Assembly (NCBI GenBank): GCA_964446575.1
Contig: CAYUOX010000052.1
Coordinates: forward strand, 180 to 64,179
Direction of reading: 5' to 3'
Origin: an uncultured Anaerolineaceae bacterium
Lineage (GTDB): Bacteria > Chloroflexota > Anaerolineae > Anaerolineales > DRMV01
DNA length: 64,000 bases
Part shown: one piece after another, positions 1 through 8,218 of the stretch
Position numbering within the stretch: the stretch's first letter is position 1
Layout of the letters: every line of letters starts with the position of its first letter
Made by a program: the position numbers and the translations under genes
The notes under the pieces: generated by a model
The model's input: only the letters and a program-made list of their open reading frames with translations
What the model was told of the DNA's origin: nothing
Database searches by the model: none

Positions 1-70
1 TGGGGGGAACGGGATTTGCGACCCGCGTACGTGCGCCATTCGTCCTGCTGTCCGTGCATGAGGCCTGTTT

Positions 71-405
71 TCACGCGTCGACCGCGGCTTGGGTGCGGTC
101 GGCCAAGAGCAACTTGTCCGGAATATGGTTTACGTGGCTGGTGACTGTGCGCTCGCCGATGTGCAAACGCCAGGCGATATGTCCTTGTTGCCCAGGCCTT
201 GGACGCTGAGGCGCGGCCCTTACCCTTCCCGCTCGGTCAGGTCCGCGAACGCGGTGGACGTTTCGGCGATATGGCGGGCACGCACGGTGTGGATTTTTTA
301 CACCAGCCGCGCGGTCACGCTGGGGTGCAGCATGACTTCGCCGCGGGTGGCGCGATGTACCGTGGTGGCCAGTTTCGCAAGGGCGCATTCGCGTTCCCGG
401 TGGAC
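71..405 (-). pseudogene. Decayed NarL/LuxR-family response-regulator remnant (linker plus C-terminal HTH only)
   Basis: Minus-strand translation gives the LuxR-type HTH 'IAWRLHIGERTVTSHVNHIPDKLLLADRTQAAVDA' (178..71) in one frame. The preceding 'VHRERECALAKLATTVHRATRGEVMLHPSVTARLV*' and 'FADLTEREG*GPRLSVQGLGNKDI' lie in another frame with in-frame TAA stops. No receiver domain is found upstream. Confidence 0.6.
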
Positions 406-550
406 TTAGCCCGCGTGGTGCGATGGGCGTTGCCCAGGCGGCGGAGGGGCTGAAAAAATTTGACTTCTCCAAGAAAATAGGTTATCTTCAAGATTGAAGA
501 ACGTATTCGGCCCGGTGGACGGGACACATTATCGCGACAAGGCCTGCCTT

Positions 551-579
551 TTGACATCGTGCCTTTCTCAAGGTATAAC
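551..579 (+). promoter_or_regulatory. Sigma70-type promoter candidate (TTGACA-17 nt-TATAAC)
   Basis: TTGACA at 551-556, an exact 17-nt spacer, and TATAAC at 574-579. It lies upstream of the 704 CDS inside the AT-rich island. Confidence 0.5.
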
Positions 580-703
580 TCCGTGCGCGGTGGCCAAACG
601 CGCTTTTTTCATCGGTATAAAAGATTCTTCTTGCCACAAGGCGTTCAAGAATTTTCGGTGTGCGAAGACCGATCTTTTTCGCCAAGTCAATAAGCGAGGT
701 TAT

Positions 704-1141
704 ATGTGTCTACGACTTTCAAGCCAAAAGATGTTACAGTACACAAAAACCGGTCGCTTAGCGGACGTTATGGCGCTTATCCAAGTGCTGGCCTTGGATG
801 ATGCCGCTCATCGAAGTGAACAAGGTCTGCAGCAGGAATTGCAAGGGATGCCCCGATCGGCTTCGTCTTGGACACAAGTGGCGAAAGAGCATCCAGAATT
901 TTTTCGAGTTGCTCCTAAAGGTTTGCACGTTATCTCGTTAATTGCGCGGCATGTTTTGCCGAAAGACGAATCTGGTCGCCGCCCTCCATTGCCCGAAGAA
1001 CTGGTAGGTCGTTTATTGCAGTCGGCTATTGAACTCTACGATCGGCAAGTTAGGCTGCGGGAGAGATGGACATATCTAATTCCAATTTGGGTTGCTTTGA
1101 TAGGTGGTATATTTGCGGTGATTACATCTCTGCTGAAATAA
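704..1141 (+). CDS. Hypothetical protein with C-terminal transmembrane anchor
   Basis: ATG at 704 is preceded by GAGG 5 nt upstream. The 145-aa product ends in the hydrophobic helix 'WTYLIPIWVALIGGIFAVITSLL'. I recognise no family. Composition is low-GC. Confidence 0.5.
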   Translation: MCLRLSSQKMLQYTKTGRLADVMALIQVLALDDAAHRSEQGLQQELQGMPRSASSWTQVAKEHPEFFRVAPKGLHVISLIARHVLPKDESGRRPPLPEELVGRLLQSAIELYDRQVRLRERWTYLIPIWVALIGGIFAVITSLLK

Positions 1142-1299
1142 AACTTGCGTGAATAATCTCTAAGACCATCTGCGTATTAAGCAATGGAGTGCGACAACTG
1201 GTAGGCAAGTCGGGCTGAGGTGCTTCGCCAGCCAATCGTGTTCGTGGACGGCCACGCCGCGGCGCAGACACCCTTGTTAGCCTACCCAGGAGAACCGCG

Positions 1300-1536
1300 G
1301 TGAAACCATTCAAAGTGCAATTGGCCATTACATTTGGAGCCCTTGTTATTGCCATGATTCTTGTCAAATGGCCATCGTTGGCAATTGATGGGATTACACT
1401 GACGCTTATCGTGATAGCCGTTGTTTTCTGGTTAGCGCCTTTTTTGTTTAAATCATCGTATTGCTTCTTTAGAATCACCGGAAGACTAACCGCACGTTCC
1501 GCGCTCACAGCCCCGCTGCGCATCAGCGGGTGCTAA
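1300..1536 (+). CDS. Small putative 2-TM membrane protein
   Basis: GTG start is preceded by AGGAGA at 1287-1292. Two hydrophobic segments are present (LAITFGALVIAMILV and ITLTLIVIAVVFWLAPFLF). I recognise no family. Confidence 0.35.
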   Translation: MKPFKVQLAITFGALVIAMILVKWPSLAIDGITLTLIVIAVVFWLAPFLFKSSYCFFRITGRLTARSALTAPLRISGC

Positions 1537-1600
1537 AGTTTAAGGCTTGGTGCCAGCGGTGCCGGGCCACGTTCGCAACGGCAATGGACCGCATGACGCC

Positions 1601-1629
1601 TTGCAAGCGTTTTTCTTGCTGCACACAAT
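1601..1629 (+). promoter_or_regulatory. Promoter candidate for ribE (TTGCAA-17 nt-CACAAT)
   Basis: TTGCAA at 1601-1606, a 17-nt spacer, and CACAAT at 1624-1629, about 30 nt before the ribE ATG. Confidence 0.35.
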
Positions 1630-1657
1630 GATGAGAACCTTACATGGAGGAAATGCA

Positions 1658-2260
1658 ATGTTTAGCGGAATCGTAGAGGAGGTCGGCCGCGTGGCTCATA
1701 TCGAGACGCGAGATGGACTTTACGTGTTCCAAATTCGCGCCGACACCGTTTTGAAAGGTACACACGTAGGTGATAGTCTTGCCGTCAATGGGGTTTGCTT
1801 GACCGTGACCTCGCTCTCCCCAACCACTTTTACGGTGGAAGTTGTTCCAGAGACCTTGCGGCGTACTAATCTGAGGTATTTGAAAGTCGGGCATTCAGTT
1901 AATTTGGAGCGTAGCCTGGCCGTAGGAGGACGTATTGGTGGCCATTTCGTCCAAGGCCATGTGGACGACGTAGGAGTCGTCCAGGCACAACATCCTGATG
2001 GTGAGTCGGTTGTGATGCGTTTTACGGCGCCGGAGCATGTAATGCGTTATGTCGTTCCCAAGGGCTTTATTGCTATTGATGGCGTGAGCTTGACCGTAGT
2101 TGAACGTGATGACGACAGTTTTACTGTGGCCTTTATTCCACATACCTTGAGTCATACTGTGGCAGGGCGCTATCAAATTGGAACCGTGGTCAATTTGGAA
2201 GCGGATATCGTGGGCAAGTACGTCGTTCATTGGCTGACTTCCCGGGGTATTCAGGCATAA
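1658..2260 (+). CDS. ribE: Riboflavin synthase (alpha chain)
   Basis: 'MFSGIVEEVGRV' N-terminus and the duplicated lumazine-binding repeat ('NGVCLTV', 'IDGVSLTV'). GGAGG RBS at 1646-1650. Product is 200 aa. Confidence 0.93.
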   Translation: MFSGIVEEVGRVAHIETRDGLYVFQIRADTVLKGTHVGDSLAVNGVCLTVTSLSPTTFTVEVVPETLRRTNLRYLKVGHSVNLERSLAVGGRIGGHFVQGHVDDVGVVQAQHPDGESVVMRFTAPEHVMRYVVPKGFIAIDGVSLTVVERDDDSFTVAFIPHTLSHTVAGRYQIGTVVNLEADIVGKYVVHWLTSRGIQA

Positions 2261-2534
2261 CAAAAGCGCCTTGTGAGTTATATCTTCGCCAGCCAGGCCA
2301 AGGCGGGTGACCGTGGGCCACGCCGCCACGGTGCGTGCGTTGGGCGCGGTGCCCTCGCCTCTCTTGTTCGGCCGCCCCCCGTCCTGCCCGCGCCGCCGCG
2401 CCCCGCCGCGCGCCGGCTTGGCCCTGCTTTCGGGGCGGTTTCGCACGCCAGGACTTACGGTTTTGGCGCGCTGTAACTTGACATGCACCGCGCGCAGGGC
2501 CATCATCAAAACAGCCCACACGAGGAGGTTTCCC

Positions 2535-3104
2535 ATGGCCATAGGGCGTTTCTGGGTGGCTTGGGCCTTGCTTTTGGCCGTGGCCGGCTGCCGTGGACCG
2601 ACTTCACCATCGCCGACGGCCACCACGCCCGACCCCCAAACCGCGGCGTGTCGTGAGGGCCTGACGCGTGCCCTGGAATTGGAGATGGCGCGCTACCAAA
2701 CTTGGCTGGCCCAGGCCAATGCCGAAGATGCCGCGCGCTATCGGGCCGCCTTGGCCTACTTGCGCGACCTTCAGCAGCACGTGCAGGCCGCAGCATCGCC
2801 GGCCGAGGCCGAAGCCCTGGCCTATCGTTACATCCCGCACATCGAGGAAGGCGCTTACGGCCGCGCGCCTCTTCCTGCCACGCGTACCTTGGTGCTCGCG
2901 CGGGCCTGGGTGGACGAGCCCCTGCCCGCGGCAGTGCACTACGCGGGCCAAACGCGTTCTGGCCCCTTCTATATCGCCACGGCCGCGACGGTGCCCTTAC
3001 GCGCACAGCAGCCCTACCGGATGACCGTGCGCTTGCTGATGCCGGGCACGTACCCCTTCCCCGAGTTCTATGTGTGCATCGTGGGGGCGGAGCCCGTGCC
3101 CTAA
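2535..3104 (+). CDS. Lipoprotein of unknown function
   Basis: GAGGAGG RBS at 2522-2528. Signal peptide with lipobox 'LLAVAGC'. Product is 189 aa. The longer ORF-track N-terminus is Arg/Pro-rich junk. Confidence 0.65.
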   Translation: MAIGRFWVAWALLLAVAGCRGPTSPSPTATTPDPQTAACREGLTRALELEMARYQTWLAQANAEDAARYRAALAYLRDLQQHVQAAASPAEAEALAYRYIPHIEEGAYGRAPLPATRTLVLARAWVDEPLPAAVHYAGQTRSGPFYIATAATVPLRAQQPYRMTVRLLMPGTYPFPEFYVCIVGAEPVP

Positions 3105-3225
3105 GGCGCGCTGTCCATCCCCAGACGACGCAAATCGAACTCGCGGACGATGCCCGCGGCCCCAACGCGCCTTATCATGTATCATGAGGACGGCAGTTCG
3201 ACGCCCCCGTCCGCCAGGAGGCAGC

Positions 3226-4389
3226 ATGACCGAAACCTCTGAATTGCAAGCGCTGGTTCAAGAATGGGAGTCCGCCTTAGGGCCCGAAGACCTGGCCAAG
3301 GCCCGCTACCAATTGCGCATGCGAGTGTGGCGGTTTGGAAGCACCCTGCTGCTGGCTGGGCTGCTCGCGCTGCTGTGGCTGCCTACGGGCTGGGCCGTTG
3401 CCCTGCGGGACGCGCTGCGGGCCAACGCCAATGGGTGGCGCACGTGGCTTTACATTCTGCTGCTGGGCGCGATGTCTTCGGCCCTATCCTTGCCTTTGGC
3501 GTGGTGGTTCGAGTTCCGGGTCGAGCAGCATTTGGGCACCTTGCGCCAATCTCTCCGCGGCTGGCTGCGTGATCACCTCAAGCAGGAGGCCCTGGCCGGG
3601 CTGGTGCAAAGCCTGCTGATGACGGGCCTTTACTTCATGTTTCGCCGCTGGCCTGAGCATTGGTTCGTGGGCATCGCCGTGGCTGTGGTGGTCTTCCTGG
3701 TGGTGTATTATCTGCTGCAGCCCGTGTTCTTGCGCTTGCAATACAAAGCCGAGCCGCTGGACGACCCCGATTTGCAGGCGCTACTAAAGGACCTCTTCGA
3801 GCGGGCCGGCGTGCCTTTTGCGGGCCTGGCGGTGCTCAGGGCCAGCGAGAAAACCGCGCGCGGCAACGCCGCGTTGGTACCCAAAGGCGCGGGCACGCAA
3901 GTGGTCGTGTTCGACACCCTGCTGCACGAGTTGAGCCCGCGCGCGTTGGCCGCGGTCGTCGCGCACGAGTTGGGGCACAAAGTGCATCGCGACATGCTGA
4001 AATTGATGCTCGTGCTGGGTGTGAGCCTGCTGGCCGCGCTAAGTCTGGGCTACGGCGTGCTGACCACCGTGGGGTATTGGGATGGCCTTCAGGGGCCCGC
4101 GGACGTGGCGACCTTACCCTTGCTTTGGTTGACTTTGGCTTGGTTGGGCGCGGGCTTGCAGATTTTGCTCAACGCGTATATGCGGCGCATCGAATTCGCC
4201 GCGGATGCGTACGCGCTGACCTTAACCCAAGACCCGGCCGCGTTGGAGGAAGCCTTTCGGGTGTTGGCCCGCCAGAACAAGGCCTTGCCCCAACCGCCCC
4301 TTTGGGTCGAGCGGCTGTTGGACAACCACCCCAGCCTGGCGCGGCGGGTATTGGCGTTGCGTCGAGCCGCGCGGCAAGCCCGCGGCTGA
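3226..4389 (+). CDS. M48-family (Ste24/HtpX-like) membrane zinc metallopeptidase
   Basis: AGGAGG RBS at 3216-3221. 'VVAHELGHKVHRD' HExxH motif, multiple N-terminal TM helices, and a C-terminal 'HPSLARR' motif typical of M48. Confidence 0.85.
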   Translation: MTETSELQALVQEWESALGPEDLAKARYQLRMRVWRFGSTLLLAGLLALLWLPTGWAVALRDALRANANGWRTWLYILLLGAMSSALSLPLAWWFEFRVEQHLGTLRQSLRGWLRDHLKQEALAGLVQSLLMTGLYFMFRRWPEHWFVGIAVAVVVFLVVYYLLQPVFLRLQYKAEPLDDPDLQALLKDLFERAGVPFAGLAVLRASEKTARGNAALVPKGAGTQVVVFDTLLHELSPRALAAVVAHELGHKVHRDMLKLMLVLGVSLLAALSLGYGVLTTVGYWDGLQGPADVATLPLLWLTLAWLGAGLQILLNAYMRRIEFAADAYALTLTQDPAALEEAFRVLARQNKALPQPPLWVERLLDNHPSLARRVLALRRAARQARG

Positions 4390-4488
4390 AGCGGTCGTCC
4401 GTGGCCGCCCTGGCCGAACCATGACGCGCGTCCCAGCCGGGTCGCAGCCGCGCCCCAGCCTGTTGCCAACCGCGGCGTCCACCCTGGA

Positions 4489-4710
4489 GGTGTTCGACAA
4501 TTTCACACGGGGGCACGGAGATCACGGAGGGAAGGAGCGCAGAAAGGGGGGAGGGTATGGAGGGCCGTTGGAAAAGCAAACCGGCGCGAATCTGCCGCGT
4601 TCTCTATTGGCGAGCGCTTCCAGGGAGCGTTTCGCTCCGCGCTGCCGATAGGCCCGGCAGGGTATGGGGCAAAACCACGGCTCACGGCGATACGTCGATT
4701 TTTCAAACCG
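4489..4710 (+). repeat. Dispersed intergenic repeat, copy A (MITE-like, with TIR-like ends)
   Basis: Aligns by eye along its length with 18899-19129 (reverse complement) and 33729-~33920. Conserved blocks are GGTGTTCRANAATTTCAC, CACGGNGANCAC, GGAGGRCCGTTGGRAAAGCAAACC and GGGGCAAAAC. The ends are GGTGTTCGACAATTT and AAATCGACG..TTTTTCAAACCG, an imperfect inverted repeat. Confidence 0.85.
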
Positions 4711-4723
4711 TCTCTGTCCACCC

Positions 4724-4752
4724 TTGACAACCTGGCAAGCCTGTCTTAACAT
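4724..4752 (+). promoter_or_regulatory. Promoter of the MarR gene (TTGACA-17 nt-TAACAT)
   Basis: TTGACA at 4724-4729, a 17-nt spacer, and TAACAT at 4747-4752, 32 nt before the ATG at 4784. Confidence 0.55.
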
Positions 4753-4783
4753 CTAAGCCATCTTAACTTTTGAGGCGGGTGGC

Positions 4784-5230
4784 ATGGCGTCTGGAGAGCC
4801 TTTGACCGAAACCCTTAGCCGGGTCTTGGGGCGAATCATGCACCTGTGGCTGCACGCGTCCCGCCGGTTCGCGCGTGAGCATGGGCTGTCGGTGGGCCAA
4901 CTCATGGTGTTGCGGCAGTTGCAATTTCGCGGGCCGTGCACCGTCTCAGACATCGCCCAACGGATGGGCGTGACCAATGCCGCGGCCAGCCAGGTCTTGG
5001 ACCGCTTGGTTGACCAAGGGTTGGTGGTGCGTCGCGAAAACCCCGCGGATCGACGCAGCAAGTCGGTGGTCTTGACCCCTTACGGCCGCCACGTGCTGGC
5101 TCAGGCCACCCAGTGGCATCAGGCCTGGTTGCGCGAGTTGCTGGGGCGCTTCTCGCCCGCAGAAGCGCAGGTCTTGCGGCAGGCGTTGGAGATTCTGGAC
5201 GCGCACTTGGCCGCGCCCAGCGACGATTGA
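4784..5230 (+). CDS. MarR-family transcriptional regulator
   Basis: Winged-helix MarR signature: 'LSVGQLMVLRQLQFRGPCTVSDIAQRMGVTNAAASQVLDRLVDQGLVVRRENPADRRSKSVVLTPYG'. Confidence 0.9.
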   Translation: MASGEPLTETLSRVLGRIMHLWLHASRRFAREHGLSVGQLMVLRQLQFRGPCTVSDIAQRMGVTNAAASQVLDRLVDQGLVVRRENPADRRSKSVVLTPYGRHVLAQATQWHQAWLRELLGRFSPAEAQVLRQALEILDAHLAAPSDD

Positions 5231-5285
5231 AGACCCGCGGAGCCCTGCCCGCGCGGAGCCCTTCCCCCTGGTTTTTGGAGGAGCC

Positions 5286-6473
5286 ATGACCCCAACTGCG
5301 GATGTGCTCATCATCGGAGCCGGCGTGCACGGCGCCAGTTTGGCTTTTCATTTGGCCCGCCGTGGCGTGCGGGTCGTGGTGTTAGAGCGGCATTTCGTCG
5401 CTGCCGGCGCGACGGGGCGTTCCAGTGGCCTGGTGCGTATGCATTACGACCTGCGTTTGGAAGCCGAATTGGTTTGGGCGTCGTACCCTTACTTTCGGCA
5501 TTGGGATGATCTCGTCGGCGCGGGCGATTGTGGCTTCGTGCGCACGGGCTTCTTGCGCCTGGTGCCGCCCGCGTACGAGGCCGCTTTGCGGGCCAACGTG
5601 CGCATGCAGCAGGAGTTGGGCATCCCAACGCTGTTGGTGCGCGCAGCCGACGTGCAGCGATTGGCGCCTTATCTGCGCACCGACGATTTCGAACTCGCGG
5701 CCTATGAACCCGAGTCGGGCTACGCGGACCCGCCGAGCACGGCCCAGGGCTTCTTGGCGGCCGCGCGGCGTTATGGGGCCGAACTGCACACCGGGGTCAC
5801 CGTGACCCAAATGCTGACCACACCCGACGGCAGCGCAATGCGCGGGGTGCGCACGGCCGACGGCCAGGTCTGGACCGCGTCCCAGGTCGTCCTCGCGGCG
5901 GGTGCATGGGCCCCGCGTTTGGCCGCAACGGTAGGCCTCGAGTTGCCCATGACCACTTGGAGCCATGATGTGATGTTTGTCCGCCGTCCGCGGGGCACCC
6001 GGTGGTCGCCGGCCGACTTGACGCTCATTGACGACATCAACGAGATGTATCTGCGTCCCGAGCGGGGCAATCTGACCTTGGTCGGCTTGGAGGTGGGCAA
6101 CCCTCTGGGCGAGGACCCCGACACCCCCACCGAGCATCCGCACCCAGGGTTTGTCGAGCGCGCCATCGCCCACGTGTTGCGCCGCGTGCCCGCGCTGGAG
6201 GCCGGTTCCCTACACAGCGCGCATCGGGGCTATGATGGCTTGTCTGACGACCAGCGCGCGATCTTGGGCCCCGCCGGCCCCGCGGGGCTGTGGCTCAATG
6301 TGGCCCACAGCGGTACGGGGTTCAAGATCGCGCCCGCGGTGGGCTTGGCCCTGAGCGAGTGGATGCTGGACGCCGCGCCGCGTACTGTGGACATTCGGCC
6401 CTTCGCCTGGACGCGCTTTGCCGAGGGGCGCCCCTTGCGCGCGGAACATCCGTACGCGGATATTTGGCGGTAA
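5286..6473 (+). CDS. FAD-dependent oxidoreductase (DAO / sarcosine-oxidase-beta-like family)
   Basis: N-terminal 'DVLIIGAGVHGASLAFHLARRGVRVVVLE' dinucleotide-binding fold. Product is 395 aa. GGAGGA RBS. Confidence 0.85.
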   Translation: MTPTADVLIIGAGVHGASLAFHLARRGVRVVVLERHFVAAGATGRSSGLVRMHYDLRLEAELVWASYPYFRHWDDLVGAGDCGFVRTGFLRLVPPAYEAALRANVRMQQELGIPTLLVRAADVQRLAPYLRTDDFELAAYEPESGYADPPSTAQGFLAAARRYGAELHTGVTVTQMLTTPDGSAMRGVRTADGQVWTASQVVLAAGAWAPRLAATVGLELPMTTWSHDVMFVRRPRGTRWSPADLTLIDDINEMYLRPERGNLTLVGLEVGNPLGEDPDTPTEHPHPGFVERAIAHVLRRVPALEAGSLHSAHRGYDGLSDDQRAILGPAGPAGLWLNVAHSGTGFKIAPAVGLALSEWMLDAAPRTVDIRPFAWTRFAEGRPLRAEHPYADIWR

Positions 6474-6565
6474 CGAACGAGGCGGTGCATCCAGGCGCTG
6501 GCCTGCGGTATAATCCCGCAAATCCCAGGGCGGGGTCTTCCCGCGCCCGTTCGGAGGGGCGCACT

Positions 6566-8197
6566 ATGCCAACGCCTGCATCCCCTTGGCCTGTGCCCGA
6601 CTTGGGCCCGTTGTCCGACGAAGAGATCCGCCGCCGTTTCAACTATCTCAAAGCCCGTCTGGTCTATCTCTACCGCGAAGAGTTGGTGCATTGGCACGCA
6701 CCGCGCACGGTGGTGGTGGTCCCCAGCCTGAGCCTGGACCAAGAAGTGCTGTCCAAGGTGACCGGGGTGCACTATTACGAAGAGCGCTTGCTTTACTATC
6801 TCATCCTGTTGCAACTGCCGCGCACCCAGGTCATCTTTGTCACCAGCCAGGCCGTGGACCCGGTCATCATCGACTATTTCATCAACCTGTTGCCTGGCGT
6901 GCCCGTGTCGCACGCGCGGGCTCGTCTGACCCTGTTGGACGCCCATGACGCGAGCCCGCGGGCCCTCACGGAGAAAATCCTCGAACGCCCTTGGTTGATT
7001 CGGCGCATTCGCGAGGCCATTCGCTACCCGCAAGCGGCCTATTTGGAGTGCTTCAATTCCACGCCGCTGGAGCGGGAACTGGCCGTGCGTTTGGGCATCC
7101 CCTTGTATGCCGTGGACCCGGATCTCATTCATCTGGGCACCAAGACGGGCAACCGCCGGGTGTTCGCGCGCGCGGGGGTGACCTATCCCCGCGGGTACGA
7201 GGACTTGCGCTCAGAGGCCGAGGTGATCGAAGCCTTGGCCGCGCTCAAGGCGCAAATTCCCGATTTGCGGCGCGCGGTGATCAAATTGAACGAGGGATTT
7301 TCGGGGGAGGGCAACGCGCTGTTTTCCTTCGAGGCCGCGCCCTCGGGGGAATCGGCCTTGCGGGCCTGGCTGCAGCGGGAGTTGCCGACACGCCTCCGCT
7401 TCGAAGCCGAGGACATGACTTACGACGAGTTCATGGCCAAATTCCAGCAAATGGGTGGCATTGTGGAAGAGTTCATCGAGGGCCAGGGCAAGCGCTCGCC
7501 CTCGGTGCAAGGGCTGATTAACCCCTTGGGCGAGGGCACCATTGTCTCGACGCACGACCAAATCTTAGGCGGCCCTACCGGACAAGTCTACTTGGGCGCG
7601 CGGTTCCCTGCCCGGCCCGAATATCGTCTGCAATTGCAAGAGATCGGCCGCCGGGTGGGCGAGGTGCTGAGCGCGGAAGGCGCGGTGGGGCGGTTCGCGG
7701 TGGACTTCGTGTCAGTGCCCCAACCCGATGGCTCATGGAAGCACTACGCGCTGGAGATCAACCTGCGCAAAGGCGGCACGACGCACCCGTTCATGACTTT
7801 GAAATTCCTGACCGATGGGCGTTTCGACCTGGAGACCGGCCTCTATTACGCGGCTGGCGGCCAGGCTTTGTATTACTACGCTTCGGACAATTTGAAGAAG
7901 GACCTTTACCGCGGCTTGACCCCCGAAGACTTGATGGACATTGTAGTGTGCGAGGGGTTGCATTACAACGCCGCGGCGCACGAGGGCGTGGTGTTCCATA
8001 TCGTGGGCGCGCTCTCTGAATACGGCAAACTGGGGGTGGTGGCCATTGCCCCGTCCTATGAGCGCTCCGAAGAACTGTATCACGAGACCGTGGCCGCGTT
8101 GGATCGGCACGCGAACGCGCCCCTCGCGTGTCGCCCGCGGCCGGGAACCGAGGAGCGCCACGCGCCGACGCATTTCCCGCCGTGGTGGCGAAGTTAA
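6566..8197 (+). CDS. ATP-grasp family ligase (PGM1-like peptide ligase / carboxylate-amine ligase related)
   Basis: ATG at 6566 with GGAGGGG RBS. The pre-ATP-grasp region 'VVVPSLSLDQEVLSKVTGVHYYEERLLYYLILLQLP' and the ATP-grasp core 'AVIKLNEGFSGEGN' resemble PGM1-related ligases. The upstream part of the track ORF overlaps the DAO gene and was rejected. Confidence 0.65.
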   Translation: MPTPASPWPVPDLGPLSDEEIRRRFNYLKARLVYLYREELVHWHAPRTVVVVPSLSLDQEVLSKVTGVHYYEERLLYYLILLQLPRTQVIFVTSQAVDPVIIDYFINLLPGVPVSHARARLTLLDAHDASPRALTEKILERPWLIRRIREAIRYPQAAYLECFNSTPLERELAVRLGIPLYAVDPDLIHLGTKTGNRRVFARAGVTYPRGYEDLRSEAEVIEALAALKAQIPDLRRAVIKLNEGFSGEGNALFSFEAAPSGESALRAWLQRELPTRLRFEAEDMTYDEFMAKFQQMGGIVEEFIEGQGKRSPSVQGLINPLGEGTIVSTHDQILGGPTGQVYLGARFPARPEYRLQLQEIGRRVGEVLSAEGAVGRFAVDFVSVPQPDGSWKHYALEINLRKGGTTHPFMTLKFLTDGRFDLETGLYYAAGGQALYYYASDNLKKDLYRGLTPEDLMDIVVCEGLHYNAAAHEGVVFHIVGALSEYGKLGVVAIAPSYERSEELYHETVAALDRHANAPLACRPRPGTEERHAPTHFPPWWRS

Positions 8198-8218
8198 CTG
8201 CTCGTCGGGAGGCCTCTC

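Noticed and set aside
1142-1657. FMN riboswitch (RFN element) upstream of ribE
   Set aside because: None of the conserved RFN segments (for example GGGCGGGGCGAAAUUCCCCACCGG or AGUCCGGAUGGGAGA) are visible. The region instead holds a small membrane-protein ORF and a plain promoter.
481-2287. GTTAT(AT)CTTC direct repeats at 481-489 and 2277-2287 as att sites of the low-GC island
   Set aside because: The repeats are only ~9-11 bp and imperfect, and no integrase or tRNA is nearby. This could easily be chance, so I kept it only as a note within the island finding.
4421-4651. Repeat-derived ORFs encoding 'VFxNFTRGHG(D/E)H(G/R)G...GGPLEKQTG' peptides in all three repeat copies
   Set aside because: Peptide similarity simply mirrors nucleotide conservation. 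There is no shared start codon or RBS. The frame is not maintained through the second half of the element: copies B and C shift frame relative to each other. The stop positions also differ.
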